Assembly (NCBI GenBank): GCA_964016885.1
Contig: OZ024740.1
Span: forward strand, 207,018,001-207,082,000
Reading direction: 5' to 3'
Source: Eledone cirrhosa
Lineage: Eukaryota
DNA length: 64,000 nt
In this document: positions 41,690 through 55,300 of the stretch, piece after piece
Layout of the letters: the number at the start of each line of letters is the position of its first letter
Position numbering within the stretch: position 1 is the first letter of the stretch
Translations under genes and position numbers: made by a program
The notes under the pieces: model-generated
What the model was told of the DNA's origin: nothing
What the model saw: only the letters and a program-made list of their open reading frames with translations
The model's database searches: none

Positions 41690-42320
41690 TGATATTGATG
41701 AGTGGAGGGTGTTAATAATGTGAGTGAGGTTGATATAGATAAGTGGAGGGTGTTAATAATGTGAGTGAGGATGATATGATGAGTGAAGGGTGTTAATAAT
41801 GTGAGTAAGGTTGATCGGATGAGTGGAGGGTGTTAATAATGTGAGTGAGGTTGATATGATGAGTGGAGGGTGTTAACAATGTGAGTGAGGTTGATATAGA
41901 GTGGAGGGTGTTAACAATGTGAGTGAGGTTAATATGAGTGGAGGGTGTTAATAATGTGAGTGAGGTTAATACGATGAGTGGAGGGTGTTAATAATGTGAG
42001 TGAGGTTGATATGATGAGTGGAGGGTGTTAATGTGAGTGAGGTTGATATGATGAGTGGACGATGTTAATAATGTGAGTGAGGACGATATCGTGCGTGGAG
42101 GGTGTAAGTAATGTGAGTAAAATTGATATAATGAGTGGAGGGTGTTAATAATTGTTTCTACTTTTGGCACAAGGCCAGCAATTATCCTAGTGTATTACTG
42201 GTACTTTATTTTATCGACCCCGTAAGGATGAAAGGCAAAGTTAACCTCGGCGGTGTTAATAATGTGAGGTTGTTATGATGAGTGGAGGGTGTTAGTAATG
42301 TGTGAGTGGAGGATGTTAGT
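41690..42320. repeat. 40-bp minisatellite interrupted by a truncated family-B SINE (42150-42253, minus)
   Basis: Unit gagtggagggtgttaataatgtgagtgaggttgatatgat; the SINE is flanked by ggtgttaataat on both sides. Confidence 0.92.
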
Positions 42321-43551
42321 TCCATGCCATGAGAGTGAAAGATGAGAAGACAGAAAGATATGATTGAAAGGGTCAGTCTAGTAACACAACATAAATATGA
42401 TTCTGTAAGAGGATTTCTTAGTTGTTGTTGTTTAGCCCCTTGTCAGCCCTGATAGAGGAAACCTATGATTACAGGACATTGCAGTCATGATCATCACAAT
42501 TTTTTTTTGGATGGTGGAATGTGGTTTGAGGGGAATTTGGCTGTTATCTCTAGCAAGTCGACGAACCGTGTAGAGGCCTGTGAAATTACGGACACAATTT
42601 TCTTGCACCTATAGACCTATATATATATATTATCATCTAACGTCCGTTAACTCTGCTGAGAGGAGCTGGACATGTCAGAGACCGGACAGAACTCAAGTGG
42701 GGGCCACTGACCTCCAGATGGGATCGACATAAGATTCTGCGCTCTATCGAATCTATTTTATCGTGGCACCAACACAAGGAAGTAGTTGTCATGTCTTTGG
42801 CATAACTGAAGGGTCTTCCAGCCATTTTATCCTGTGTTTTCATTTTGTCAGCCATAATATATCTAGTATTAAATGTACCGTAAAATGTCCTTGTTTACGG
42901 TTGGATATGATTTGAAGTAGATTTGACTGCTATTTCTAGCAGGTTGAGCGACTACTTAGTTTCCCTTGTTGACATTATTTCACCCTAATTTAAGTAATGA
43001 CCGAGAAGAGTTATGATCAAAGGCGTTCCAGCAATAACTATCCTGTCTTTTTCTCAAACAATGTATCTAAGACTGCATTATTATTCAATGTGCCCCACAT
43101 TATTTTAAACAGAGTAGTGAGCGATTTCAGGGAGATTAAACTGTTATTTCTAGTAAATCAACGAATCATGTGGTTGTTAATAGAGTCGACACTTTACACA
43201 GCATACATTGAATTATTTTGTCTACTTTCATTTAACTACATATCTATTTACCACCGAAAGATGGGGGTATATAACACAAAATGAGAAAGTATGACAGTTC
43301 GTGTTTTCTTGAAGAATCTTAATATATTGCCTATATAAGTATATATATAAGAATGTACCGATACATATATATGTGTGTTGTGTGTATGTGCGTGAGTATA
43401 CGTATATATTTATCTTTGAGATTTATTTAAGATCTTCGTAGAACTCAAGCCGGTTACTAACGAAGTTATATGTATATATATGTAGAATGTATGTATATAT
43501 ATATTATACAGTATGTGTAGTAAATGAAACGAAAGTGTATATATTACTTAC

Positions 43552-43621
43552 GGACTGTTTCTGTAACAGTAAATACAGAAACTAACAATAACGAGATACT
43601 GGAAAGGGACGGCAGTGCCAT
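43552..43621 (-). CDS. SDF2: SDF2-like, coding exon 1 (signal peptide)
   Basis: ATG..MALPSLSSISLLLVSVFTVTETV + C|gtaagt; phase 1 joins exon 2; upstream in-frame stop; total CDS 657 nt = 218 aa. Confidence 0.85.
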
Positions 43622-43867
43622 TATTAGGAAGATCTGTATTAAAATTTGCTATGAAGCCGCCTTGATGTATTCAATGTCTTCCAATAAATTAAAGACACGT
43701 CTCTTCATTTACCTACTTTTTCATCTCCTCGCACTAGAGAGTTACACATTCGCTGTAGTGTTGCTATCTAGTTATGAGTGAAGATTAGCGTCGTTGTTGC
43801 TAGTTACATTTTAAGCGAGAAACAATCACGAGTTCATTGTATTTCTTCTTCTTCTTCTTCTTCTTCC

Positions 43868-44150
43868 AGAGAGAATCGTAGGGGAAGAGTCCTCAAACAC
43901 TCCTTCCAGCGGATCCTGGTTACAATAAAAAATAAACAAAGGGAACTCCTCGATTGGGAGGAGACGTTCGAGGGCTGCTCGTAGAAAAAGCCCATGAAAC
44001 TACGGGTGCCCTGATCTCTAGGGCAAGTGCCCTATCTCAGTTGACCTCCAATCTACAGGCGCACATTCAGAGCGGGCCCATTCATTCGGGCCATGCTCGC
44101 CTCTTTCACCCACCTTACAACAAACTGCTTGGAAGGTAACACTTCCCTTT
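43868..44150 (-). mobile_element. L1/Tx1-like LINE 3' fragment
   Basis: Homologous to 50218-50480 (cagggcaagcgccctctctca, ttcagagcgg.ccc.ttcactcgg). Confidence 0.6.
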
Positions 44151-44151
44151 C

Positions 44152-44651
44152 TACCACATTCTGAGAAGTGGTATGAGCATAAGCCAGAGTCGGTGATAGA
44201 AAACGATCAGATGAAGGTGCTATGGGATTTTAGTATACAGACGGACAAGAAATTAGAACACAATAGACCTGACCTGGTGGTTTTGGACAAGGAAAAAAGA
44301 TCGTGCCTGATTGTAGATGTGGCCTGCCCATTAGACACGAGAGTGCAAGAAAAGGAGAAGGAGAAATTAACCAATACCAGGATTTAAAGTGGGAGTTAAA
44401 AAGGATTTGGAACTGCCATGAAATCAAGGTTGTCCCGATTGTCATAGGCGCACTAGGTACTATCTCAAAAAGTTTCCAAGGATGGTTAAAGAAGATTAGT
44501 CCAGCCCCGCTTTTTGGAACACTGCAAAAAGCATGTTTGCTGGGAACAGCAAGAACCCTCCGATACGTCCCGAATATCTGAGGCTGCAGGTAGCGGCTTG
44601 ATATTCATTTCAACAAGCTTTCCAGTTAAATAACATCAATGACTGAGTCTC
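44152..44651 (+). mobile_element. R4/Dong-like RLE LINE 3' fragment
   Basis: Close copy of 47111-47612 (NRPDLVV, DVACP, VPIVIGALG) followed by (TAA)n. Confidence 0.9.
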
Positions 44652-44712
<61 letters not shown>

Positions 44713-44715
44713 TCG

Positions 44716-47612
44716 GTTGACATCCTAAATTTAGTGGTAGATGAATTGAACAATGATAGTGGGAGACCTATGAACCTAAGATTTGTAGACAGGAAAAAGT
44801 TAAAAGAAACAACAGCTAAGGTAAACAAAGTCATCCCATACCTTGAGGCGAGGAGCCTTCACCAGTGCAACAATATCCTCAAAGCAACAGCAAATACGGT
44901 GAGGAAACTACTTGGTATAAAAGCGAGAGGAAACAACAGACAAGAAAGAGCAGAGCCGTGGTGGAAGAAACGACTGAGTGGTCAAATCGGGGAAATGAGA
45001 AATGACATAGGAAAGCTTGAGTCACTACTGAATGGGACACTAAAAAACATAGGCACTAAAAATAGACTGGAAATAAAGTACAAAACTAGGAGGAAAAAGC
45101 TAAATATTATCATAGAGGAACTGAAGCAACGCATTGTAGCAAAGAGTGCAAAAATCAGGCGATACGAGAACAGAGTCAGTCAGTATAAACAGAACCGCAT
45201 GTTCGACAACAACCAGAAGATGCTGTTTGGACGGCTTGAGGGGAAAGAAAGAGGCAACGACTTGATCCCTGGGGCGGAGCAAACTAAAACATTCTGGAGA
45301 GGAATATGGGAGCAGGATGTTAGACATAATGTCCAGGCAGGGTGGATTGAGACAGTACAGAGGGAGATCGGTGAGCAGGCACACCAACAAACTGATTTGA
45401 GTATCACAGTTGAAACTCTTAAGGGGCAGGCCAAAAAACTAACCAACTGGAAATCACCAGGCCCAGATGGTGTGCAGGGGTATTGGATTAAAAATTTAAC
45501 ATCCCTCCACCCGAAGCTGACGGCCATGTTCAATGACTGCTTGGTGTCGGGTGAGGTGCCAGAGTGGTTGACAAAAGGTACCACAGTTCTGATAATGAAA
45601 GACCGAATCAAGGGTAATGATGTTACCAACTATAGACCTATCACATGTCTGTCCGTAATGTGGAAACTGTTGACGAGCATTGTGTCTGAGGAAATCTACC
45701 ATCACCTCCACACAAACAACTTGTTACCGGACGAACAGAAAGGATGCCGAAAGAAGTCACGTGGTACAAAGGACCAGTTACTTATTGATAAGATGGTAAT
45801 GGGGAATTGCAGGAGGAGACACACTGATCTTGCCATGGGATGGATAGACTACAGAAAGGCATTTGACATGGTGCCTCATTCTTGGATCACCAAAAGCCTG
45901 GAGATCTTCAGGGTGGCAGATAACATCAGACAGTTGCTGGGCAGGAGTATGGGGTCCTGGGAGACAGAGTTGACATCAACTGGAGTATCCTTGGGAAGCG
46001 TGAAGATCAAGAGAGGTATCTTCCAGGGAGATAGCCTGTCCCCTCTGTTGTTTGTCCTTGCCCTGATGCCCTTGACCATTATGCTGCGAAAAGTGAGAGC
46101 AGGATACAAGTTGGGAAAGGGAGAGCTTACCATCAATCACCTCCTCTTCATGGACGATCTTAAGCTCTTCGGGAAAAGTGAGAAGGAGTTGGATGTGCTT
46201 GTCCGTATTTTCAGCAGTGATATATGTATGCAGTTTGGTATTAGTAAATGTGGAGTCATTGTGATGAGGAGGGGTAGGTTGAGCAGAAGTAACGGGATCC
46301 AGATACCAACAGGTGAGATGATAAAGGAAATTGACTCTGAGGAAGGATACAAGTATTTGGGCGTTCTGGAGGCTGATGGCATAAAGAACAAAAAAATGAA
46401 GGAATTGTTAAGAACTGAATACATTCGGTGAGTAAGGAGCGTATTGAAGTCACATCTGAACAGCAGAAATGCCATAAGCGCAGTAAATTCCCGAGCTGTG
46501 TCTATTATTAGGTACAGTGCGGGAATTCTGAGATGGAATGTTGCTGAACAAAAAGAAATGGATAGGAAGACTAGGAAGCTATTGACTATCTACAACATGT
46601 TCCACAAGAGGAGTGATGTCGATAGACTCTACCTAAGGAGATCTGAGGGTGGAAGAGGTCTTATCAGCATAGAGGACTGTGTTCAGATGGAGAAAAACAA
46701 CCTATACAAATACGTGACCTATAGTAAGGAGCCAATGCTCAGAACTGTACTGAAGGAGGGGACAGTAGGCCAGGGGATGTCCAAGGAGGAAATAACATCA
46801 AGGAGGAAGAGCAGCCTTAAGGGAAAATCCCTTCATAGTACCTTCTTTTAGAAAACTGAATTTAGAGATCCACAGACATGGAATTGGTTGAGAAGAGGAG
46901 ACCTCAAAAAGGCTACAGAAGGAATGCTAATGAAGCACCATATTTACAAGGAGGAGGCTAGCCCACTGTGCAGGATCTGTGGAGAGAGAGAGGAGACTGT
47001 GGCTCACATTGTGTCCGAGTGTAAACACCTAGCCCAGACCCACTATAAGGGCTGGAGACACGATGTGATGGGCAGGGTGATCCACTGGCACCTGTGCAAA
47101 GTAAACAATTTACCACATTCTGAGAAATGGTATGAGCATAGGCCAGAGGCGGTGATGGAGAACAATCAGGTGAAGGTGCTGTGGGATTTTAGGATACAGA
47201 CGGACAAAAAACTGGAACACAATAGACCTGACCTGGTGGTTGTGGACAAAGAAAAAAGATCGTGTCTGATTGTGGATGTGGCCTGCCCTTTCGACACGAG
47301 AGTGCAAGAGAAGGAGAGGGAGAAAATTAACCGATACCAGGACCTAAAGTGGGAGGTGAAAAGGATTTGGAACTGCCATGAAGTCAAAGTGATCCCGATT
47401 GTCATAGGCGCACTGGGGACTATCTCCAAAAGTTTCCAGGGATGGTTAAAGAAAATCGGCCCCTTCACGCTTTTCGGAACGCTTCAAAAGGCATGCTTGC
47501 TGGGAACAGCAAGAACCCTCCGATACGTCCTGAATATCTGAGGCTGCAGGTAGTGGCTTGATATTCATTCCAACGGACTTTCCAGTTAACCAACATCAAT
47601 GACTGAGATTCA
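44716..47612 (+). mobile_element. R4/Dong-clade non-LTR retrotransposon (RT, CCHC, restriction-like endonuclease), 5'-truncated with stops
   Basis: NWKSPGPDG, NYRPITCL, WIDYRKAFD, RGIFQGDSLSP, LFMDDLKL, YKYLG; CRICGEREETVAHIVSEC; RPDLVV..DVACP..EK; (TAA)n on both flanks. Confidence 0.92.
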
Positions 47613-47621
47613 AGGAATAAC

Positions 47622-47655
<34 letters not shown>

Positions 47656-47800
47656 TAATAATAATAATAATGATGATTTCTTTATTGGCCACAAGGGCTG
47701 ACATCAAGAAAAACATTACAGACGGCACAGGACGGTACGATGTGGGTTTTGTGCGTGTAAAGATTTTTATTATTTATATAAGAAAAGAAAAAAAGACAGA

Positions 47801-47865
<65 letters not shown>

Positions 47866-47874
<9 letters not shown>

Positions 47875-48413
47875 TAAACGGAAAAGAAAATGCTGACAAA
47901 TTGTTCACCGTGAAAAATAGTTTAATTAGGAATAAGTGAGAATTAGTAATAGTATTGATTAGTATTCAGTTTTGGTTTTAAGTTTTACCGGTTGCACATT
48001 TCTAATGCTTTTCAAAAATAATTTTGAGATAGAGCGTCCGTGATGTTTGCTCTAATCTGATTAGTTTTGGAAATTCTACCTGTTTTTATGTGAAAAAAAG
48101 TGGCTCCAGAGGTATTAAAATAAGTTTCGCGCCAATTCGTGTTGCAAAAATTCTTGTGGTCAAAACAATTTTGATTGGTCGGTAGAAGTCATGTGAATGT
48201 TAAAAATTGATTTTGCGCCAAATGTAGGTTTGTGTCGGCTGAGAAGTCACTGAAAAATAAGTCTTTCAAAACAAATATGTGTGTGTCTGTGTGTGTAGTT
48301 GTAGTAAAGAGGTTCGTTGTTGTGATAATGGTCAGCAGGGATGTGTGTGCGAACCGCAGCCTGTTGACAGTTCAAATGCCTATTAAGACAAGTGTGTGTG
48401 TGTGTGTGTGTGT

Positions 48414-48511
<98 letters not shown>

Positions 48512-48889
48512 CAGAGTAATTAAATGTTTTATAGTAAAACACAATTTCACATGCGCATCAGAAAATCTAATATATGTATTAACTTGCTCAGGTTGTCGAG
48601 AACAATACATAGGCCAGACCAAAAACAGCCTCCGCCAACGCATGACTGTCCATAGATCCCAAATTAAAATACGGGAATACAGGAAAATACCACTGAGTGA
48701 ACACATTGATACCTGTGTCGCCCAAAATCATCCCAAATACTATATATCATTTCACACCTTTTATTATTAATGTTTTTGATGTTCTATTGAGAGAATCGTT
48801 TTTACTGAAAATATCGAATAATGTACACCATTTTACCAGAATCACAAAAATAAATACTGGTCCACCCCCCACACACACACAAACATTCT

Positions 48890-48925
<36 letters not shown>

Positions 48926-48956
48926 CATACACACGCGTACATTAACATACAAAGAG

Positions 48957-48994
<38 letters not shown>

Positions 48995-50161
48995 ACTTGT
49001 CTTAATAGGCATTTGAACTGTCAACAGGCTGCGGTTCGCACACACATCCCTGCTGACCATTATCACAACAACGAACCTCTTTACTACTACTACTACACAC
49101 ACACATATTTGTTTTGTCAGACTTATTTTTCAGTGACTTCTCAATCAGCCGACACAAACCTACATTTGGAGCAAAATCAATTTTTAACATTAACATGGCC
49201 TCTACCGACCAATCAAAATTGTTTTGACCACAAGAATTTTTGCAACACGAATTGGCGCGAAACTTATTTTAATACCTCTGGAGCCACTTTTTTCACATAA
49301 AAACAGGTAGAATTTCCAAAACTAATCAGATTAGAGCAAACATCACGGACGCTCTATCTCAAAATTATTTTTGAAAAGCATTAGAAATGCGCAACCGGTA
49401 AAACTTAAAACCAAAACTGAATACTAACCAATACTATTACTAATTCTCACTTATTCCTAATTAAACTATTTTTCACTGTGAACAATTTGTCAGCATTTTC
49501 TTTTCCGTTTACCAATATATCATAACGTGTGTGTTACACCTCTATTCTTTTAAATATACATATTTACACCCTCAGCCTCCTGATTCCTCTCCCCCTATCC
49601 ACACACGCACAGACACTCCGACCCCCCCCCCCCCCCCCATACACACACACACACCTCTTCCTGAACATGCAACCACGTTCTTCCCCCAACCCTCGCTTTC
49701 ACATACACACACACACACACACACGCACACCTACACACACACACCACCTTCAGCCCTCCCCACTCGGACAACCCGTCTCCCTCTCCCCACTCCACCCGCC
49801 ACCACCCCTACTCACCCCACACCCTTCCACCACCTGTTTACCCCCCTTTTAATTTCAGTTTATTTTGATCATGCCTTTATTTTTAAATTTTCTCATTCCT
49901 TGTATTTTGATCATGCTTTATTTTTATTTTTTATATTTTTTGTCTTTATTTGTTAATTTTTCATTCGCACCGTTTCCTTTCGCTATATGTCTCTCCACCA
50001 CTCCCCTACACACCTTTTGAACTCTGCTCCCACACACTTCTCACCTGAGGAAGGGCTTATGCCCGAAACGTCGTCCCCCACCTACCCCCCACTCTCCTGA
50101 GCGTGAATTTAATAAACATTTATTGTACTGCCTCTCTGTTCTGTCCCTGTTCAAATTTTTC

Positions 50162-50163
<2 letters not shown>
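47866..50163 (+). mobile_element. Non-autonomous/decayed Penelope-like element with ~525-bp inverted arms
   Basis: 47866-48393 is the reverse complement of 48995-49520; GIY-YIG fragment FTCASENLIYVLTCSGCREQYIGQT..RMTVH (48520-48720); hammerhead-like motif at 50045-50074; AATAAA; ends at (TA)n. Confidence 0.8.
50041..50075 (+). ncRNA. Minimal hammerhead ribozyme-like motif (stem I degenerate)
   Basis: CTGAGGA-A-GGGC ttat GCCC-GAAACGTC; palindromic ACGT stem III; only 2 bp of stem I visible. Confidence 0.55.
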
Positions 50164-50217
<54 letters not shown>

Positions 50218-50222
<5 letters not shown>

Positions 50223-50940
50223 AATAAAAATGAAAATTCAAACAATGAAAAATTCCCCAATAGGGGGGGGGGGATACCTCCGAGGGTTACTCGTGGCGAA
50301 AACCACACAAAAGACCACGGCCACCCTGACCACCAGGGCAAGCGCCCTCTCTCAATTTTTTCCCATTCCTCAAACTACAATCGTATATTCAGAGCGGTCC
50401 CGTTCACTCGGACCATTCTCGCTACATTCACCCACCTTTCAACAAACTTGCTAGAAAGCAGCACTTGCCTCTCCACCCTGATTTTCCTCTTCAAGTGAAA
50501 CTTAAAAAAGTTAATCAGGGATTCGCTGAAGAGGAAAGTGTCTGTCTTTAACCCTTTCAACCTTGTCCACCACACAATCTCTTTCGCCATGGCCACCAGG
50601 CAGATGAAAACCGACACGCGACAACAACTTCGGGGTCGCTCCACAAGTCAGCAATTCTCGGGCACTGAACGAGTGCGTGCACGACGGTTTCGTCGCTCTG
50701 CACGCATCTCGGACAGGCTTCTAAGTTAGCCACAAAGGCCTCACATTAAGAAACATTAAAGACGGCACAGGATGACGCAGGACGTTACAATGTGGATTTT
50801 TCTTCGTGTAAAAAATGTTTAACAAAAGCCACAAACGTAAAAATTCGAACAAAAGAAAATTTCGCAATAAGGGGAAACTTTCGAGGGTCACTGGTGGAGA
50901 AAGCTCACAAAAAAAAAAGACGGTCACACTGATCGCTAGA
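50218..50940 (-). mobile_element. L1/Tx1-like LINE 3' fragments
   Basis: CLVAMAKEIVWWTRLKG..FFKFHLKRKIRVER..FVERW C-terminus; related 3' UTR pieces at 50729-50940 and 47678-47775. Confidence 0.6.
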
Positions 50941-51336
50941 GCACAAGGCTAACCTCTTCTAAAGCAGGAGTTAGCCTGGTGGACCCCTTGACAAGCTTTG
51001 CCATTTTTCTCTAGTGTCTACATTCCCCACTCACCAACTTTCACTTTTACCTCCATTTTCTTTAGTCATGTTTTACATGGTCTTCCTCTTGCTCTACTTC
51101 TTTCCACATTTATTTCCACCACTCCTCTCACCCAGTTATTTTCATTTTTCCACAACACATGGCTCAGCCTTCTTATTCTATTTTCCTTCCTAAACATTCA
51201 TTGCTGGCTCTACTTCTCTCACCTAGTTACTTTTATCTTCCCTCAACACATGTTCCAGCCATCTTCTTCTATTTCTCTTCACACACATTCATTACTGGCT
51301 CTATTCCTATCATCCTCTCCAGTTCATTATTTAAAT

Positions 51337-51511
51337 TGGCAGTATCGGTAGAGGGTCGGACGCCATGTTTTCCAGCATAGTTACGTCCCTTTACGATTTG
51401 AGTTCAAATCCCGCCGAGGTTGACTTTGCCTTTCATCCTTACGGGGTCGATAAAATAAAGTACCAGTAATGCACTGGGTAATTGCTGGCCTTGTGCCTAA
51501 AGTAGAAACAT
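51337..51511 (+). mobile_element. tRNA-derived SINE family B
   Basis: TGGCAGTATCGG A box, GAGTTCAAATCCC B box, core ctttgcctttcatccttacggggtcgataaaataaagtaccag. Confidence 0.85.
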
Positions 51512-52315
51512 TTATTTATCTTCCCCCCTCTCTCTCTCTCTCTTTCTGGGCGATACTCTGCTCATCCACCGGATCATTCTTATATCCATTCTTTACAGCC
51601 TTCTCTGCTGCTCTACATTCATCACCCGTGTTTCGCCCCCTATAAATCATGAGTGCCTGTTCTGAACCGTATTTGGTTTAGAATAGGTAGACCGTATCTC
51701 TAATTCTAAGAAGTGAATAAAAGTGTTGGCGCCAGGAAGGGCAACCGACCATAGAGTAAGTCGACACCAAACGCCATCGAGCAATATTACAAAGAAAAAG
51801 AACCTTTTTGAAAGTGTATAAACTAACATTCCGAAACCATTTTGCTGGTTTGAGAGCTGATGAGGGTGAAGATGTGTGTATAAACTTATCTTATATTTTA
51901 CTGGCAAAGATTCGAAACCGAATCTGAGGTTTCTCGCATCTGTGACCACCCATTATAGGAGATTTCCCACCATTGCCCTGTCAAGTCAACGATGATAAAC
52001 GTACATACCCCTTGACCTCTGATCCCAGCTTCCCGGGAGAAAATATCCACATGGCTAATCATAAATCAACCTCATATACACATCTTTCTAACTATAGCAT
52101 TATTATAAATACATGGACTTAAGGAACCCAGCAACCAGAGAGACCGAAGCAAGCAGTCCGTGTTAAGGTTCACGATGTAGCAGACCTTTCACTCTATCTC
52201 TCTCCTGGCCCTTACTGGTTGTCACCCTCTCGGCCACAGACACAGCCAGACAGCCAGCCATGCCTGCCTGACAGATTGACCACTACTACTATGACAATAA
52301 TGTATTCTAAGAATA

Positions 52316-55300
52316 TGTAGCGGCCCCTTACGACTGTAACTCCTTAATGAAGAAATGGCGGTTTGGTGGCTTTATGTTGAGGTAAACTGCCTCCATCAGC
52401 GGACCTCTTTGGCGTTTCCCGCCTTATGAAACGAACAAGTTTGCACGCAGTGGTTCGCGCTCTCGGCGAATCGCTCATGGTACCAGCATAAAGATGACGA
52501 CCCCTTACGGCTGTAACTCAGCACATATAGGAGTTGCGTCCCTTTGCGACGGTCGCAACTCCTATACGTATCGGCCACTGGGAGTCGCGACCGTCGCAAA
52601 GGGACGCAACTCCTATACGTGCTGAGTTACAGCCGTAAGGAGCCGTCATTTTTGAATACGGGAATACAGGAAAATACCACTGAAAATACCCAGTGGAGAC
52701 CCACTGGGGATTATAGGAGGTTAAATGCTATGACCGTCCCGGATAGGTATCCCATACCATATCTCCAGGATTTCGCATCGTCATTACAGGGGTGTAAGAT
52801 TTTCTCAAAACTAGATTTAGTGCGAGCCTACCACCAAATTCCGGTCAGGAAGGAGGATATTCCGAAAACGGCGATTACAATTCCTTTCGGATCCTTCGAA
52901 TTTTTGACCATGCCTTTCGGACTCAGGAACACCGCTAGCACTTTTCAGCGGTTCATAGACGAGGTCACTCGTGGTCTGGACTTCGTTTATGCTTACATAG
53001 ACGATATTCTCGTCGCTAGTTCCCCTCCGGAAGAGCATATGCACCCCATGCATCTCATATTTCGGTGACTTCAGGATTACCGCGTTCGTGTGAATTACGC
53101 AAAGTGTGTTTTCGGTTCCACTTCGCTAAATTTTTTAGGCCACCTCATCGACGCCGAAGGTATTAAGCCGCTCCCTCAGCGAGTGCAAGCCATACAGGAT
53201 TTACTCCGCCTACTTCACTTCACCAGTTGCGTCACTTCCTAGGCCTAATCAATTTCTATAGGCGTTTCGTTCCTCATTGTGCTAATTTGCTATCTTCCCT
53301 ATCATTGTGCTAATTTGCTATCTTCCCTTTGAAAAATCGTCGTAAGAAGAATGAGGATATTTCCTTGACACAAGGACAGCTTCAAGACTTCCAGACTGCC
53401 AAGACAGCACTCGCTAGTTCATCTTTGCTAGCCCACCCGATACCAGAGGCCAAGCTTTCGCTTTGTGTTGATGCATCTGATACCGCTGTGGGAGCAGTTT
53501 TACAGCAGTACAACGCTGGCATTTTTCTCAAGGAAGCTGAAACCAGCAGAAACGCGTTACAACACGTTTGGGCGGGAATTATTAGCCATATATCTGTCGG
53601 TGAAACATTTCTCTCATATTCTTGAGGGGAGAAATTTTACTGTTTTAACCGACCACAAACCTCTGACCTTCGCTTTGAGGGCTAAAGCCGACAGATATTC
53701 TCCCAGAGAGACAAGGCACCTGGATTACGTTTCGCAATTTACAAATGATATCCAGCACATTGCTGGCTCGCATAACATAGCTGCAGGCGCATTGTCACGT
53801 TTGCCAATCAGCTCCATCTCGTCATCCCAGGAGATCGACTTAAGTCATTAAGCTGCAGACCAACCTGCACTCCAATCGTTGGATACTCTTTCTGCTGAGT
53901 TTGCGACTTGCATCTTCAAATATCTGCCCTTGTCGACCACCGACAGCCAGATTCTATGTGATGTATCTACGGATTCACCACGACCATTTGTTCCCGAGAC
54001 TCACCGTCGAATTGTGTTCCTTGCTTTGCACAACATTTCTCACCCAGGAATTCCTGCCGCAGTAAAGTTTATAACGGCTAGATTTTTCTGGGCCAATATG
54101 AGGCGAGAAATTACTGCCTGGTGCCGTTCCTGCACACAGTGTCAGAGATCTAAAATCCACAGACACATCCGGACTCCACTTGGTACTTTCAGCACTCCAG
54201 ATGCTCGGTTTCAACACATCCACATTGATATTGTTGGACCTTGGTCGTACCTCCTGACCTGTATCGATCGTTTTTCGCGATGGCCTGAAGCCATCTCCTT
54301 AAAAGATATTACTGCTGAGACTGTAGCGCATGCCCTGGTATCAGGGTGGATTACCCGCTTTGGGGTACCAACTACAGTCACCACAGACCGTGGTAGACAA
54401 TTTGAGTCTCATCTTTTCTCTGAGCTCACAAAGATCATTGGCGCTCAACGGATTCGGACCACATCTTATCATGCTGCTTCAAACGGAATGGTGGAACGAT
54501 TCCACCGCCAATTAAAGGCCGCTCTTCGCGCCTATCCAGACTCTCAACATTGGAGCGAGTACCTTCCTATTGTGTTGTTAGGAATTCCGTCGTCAATAAA
54601 GGAGGACCTTGGGTTCTCCCCGGCTGAATTACTGTATGGTGCTCCTCTAGCCTTGCCTGGGCAAATGCTTTCCCCTGTTGATCTTGCTTTCCAGTACCCT
54701 GTTTCCTACGTGTCTCGTTTGCGCTCCTATTTTCAGGACTTACCGTCCATGAATACTAAGAAACAAACTATTAAAGCTGCAGTCCCGAGGGATATTGCCT
54801 CGTGGAAACATGTATTCGTCAGAAACGATGTGGTTACTCCACCCCTCACACAACCGTATTCTGGACACTACCGTGTGTTAGCACGTACTGACAAACATTT
54901 CACTGTAGACATTAAGGAGTCCAGAGAGACAATTTCGGTGGATAGACTAAAAAGGGCATACAATGACGCTCATACACCCGAGTCACAAATATCCCAATCT
55001 TTCTCTCTTGTGCATACACCTGCTCCTTCTGCCCCACCTTCACCTACATACAAGACCACTCTGCCAAACTATTTTCATGTGAACTGGCCACTGGAGCCTT
55101 TTTTGTTGTTCTCTTTATTGTATTACCATGTACCTTTTCGTTACTATTTCATGCCTGATTTATACATGTACCTTTGCGTTAATATTTCATGCCTGATTTA
55201 TACATGTACCTTTGCGTTAATATTTCATGCCTGTGCTGGGAGCCCATGCTTGTGGGTTCGCTGCAGTTACCTTCGGGCTTTTCGCCTAGCGTCTGGAGGA

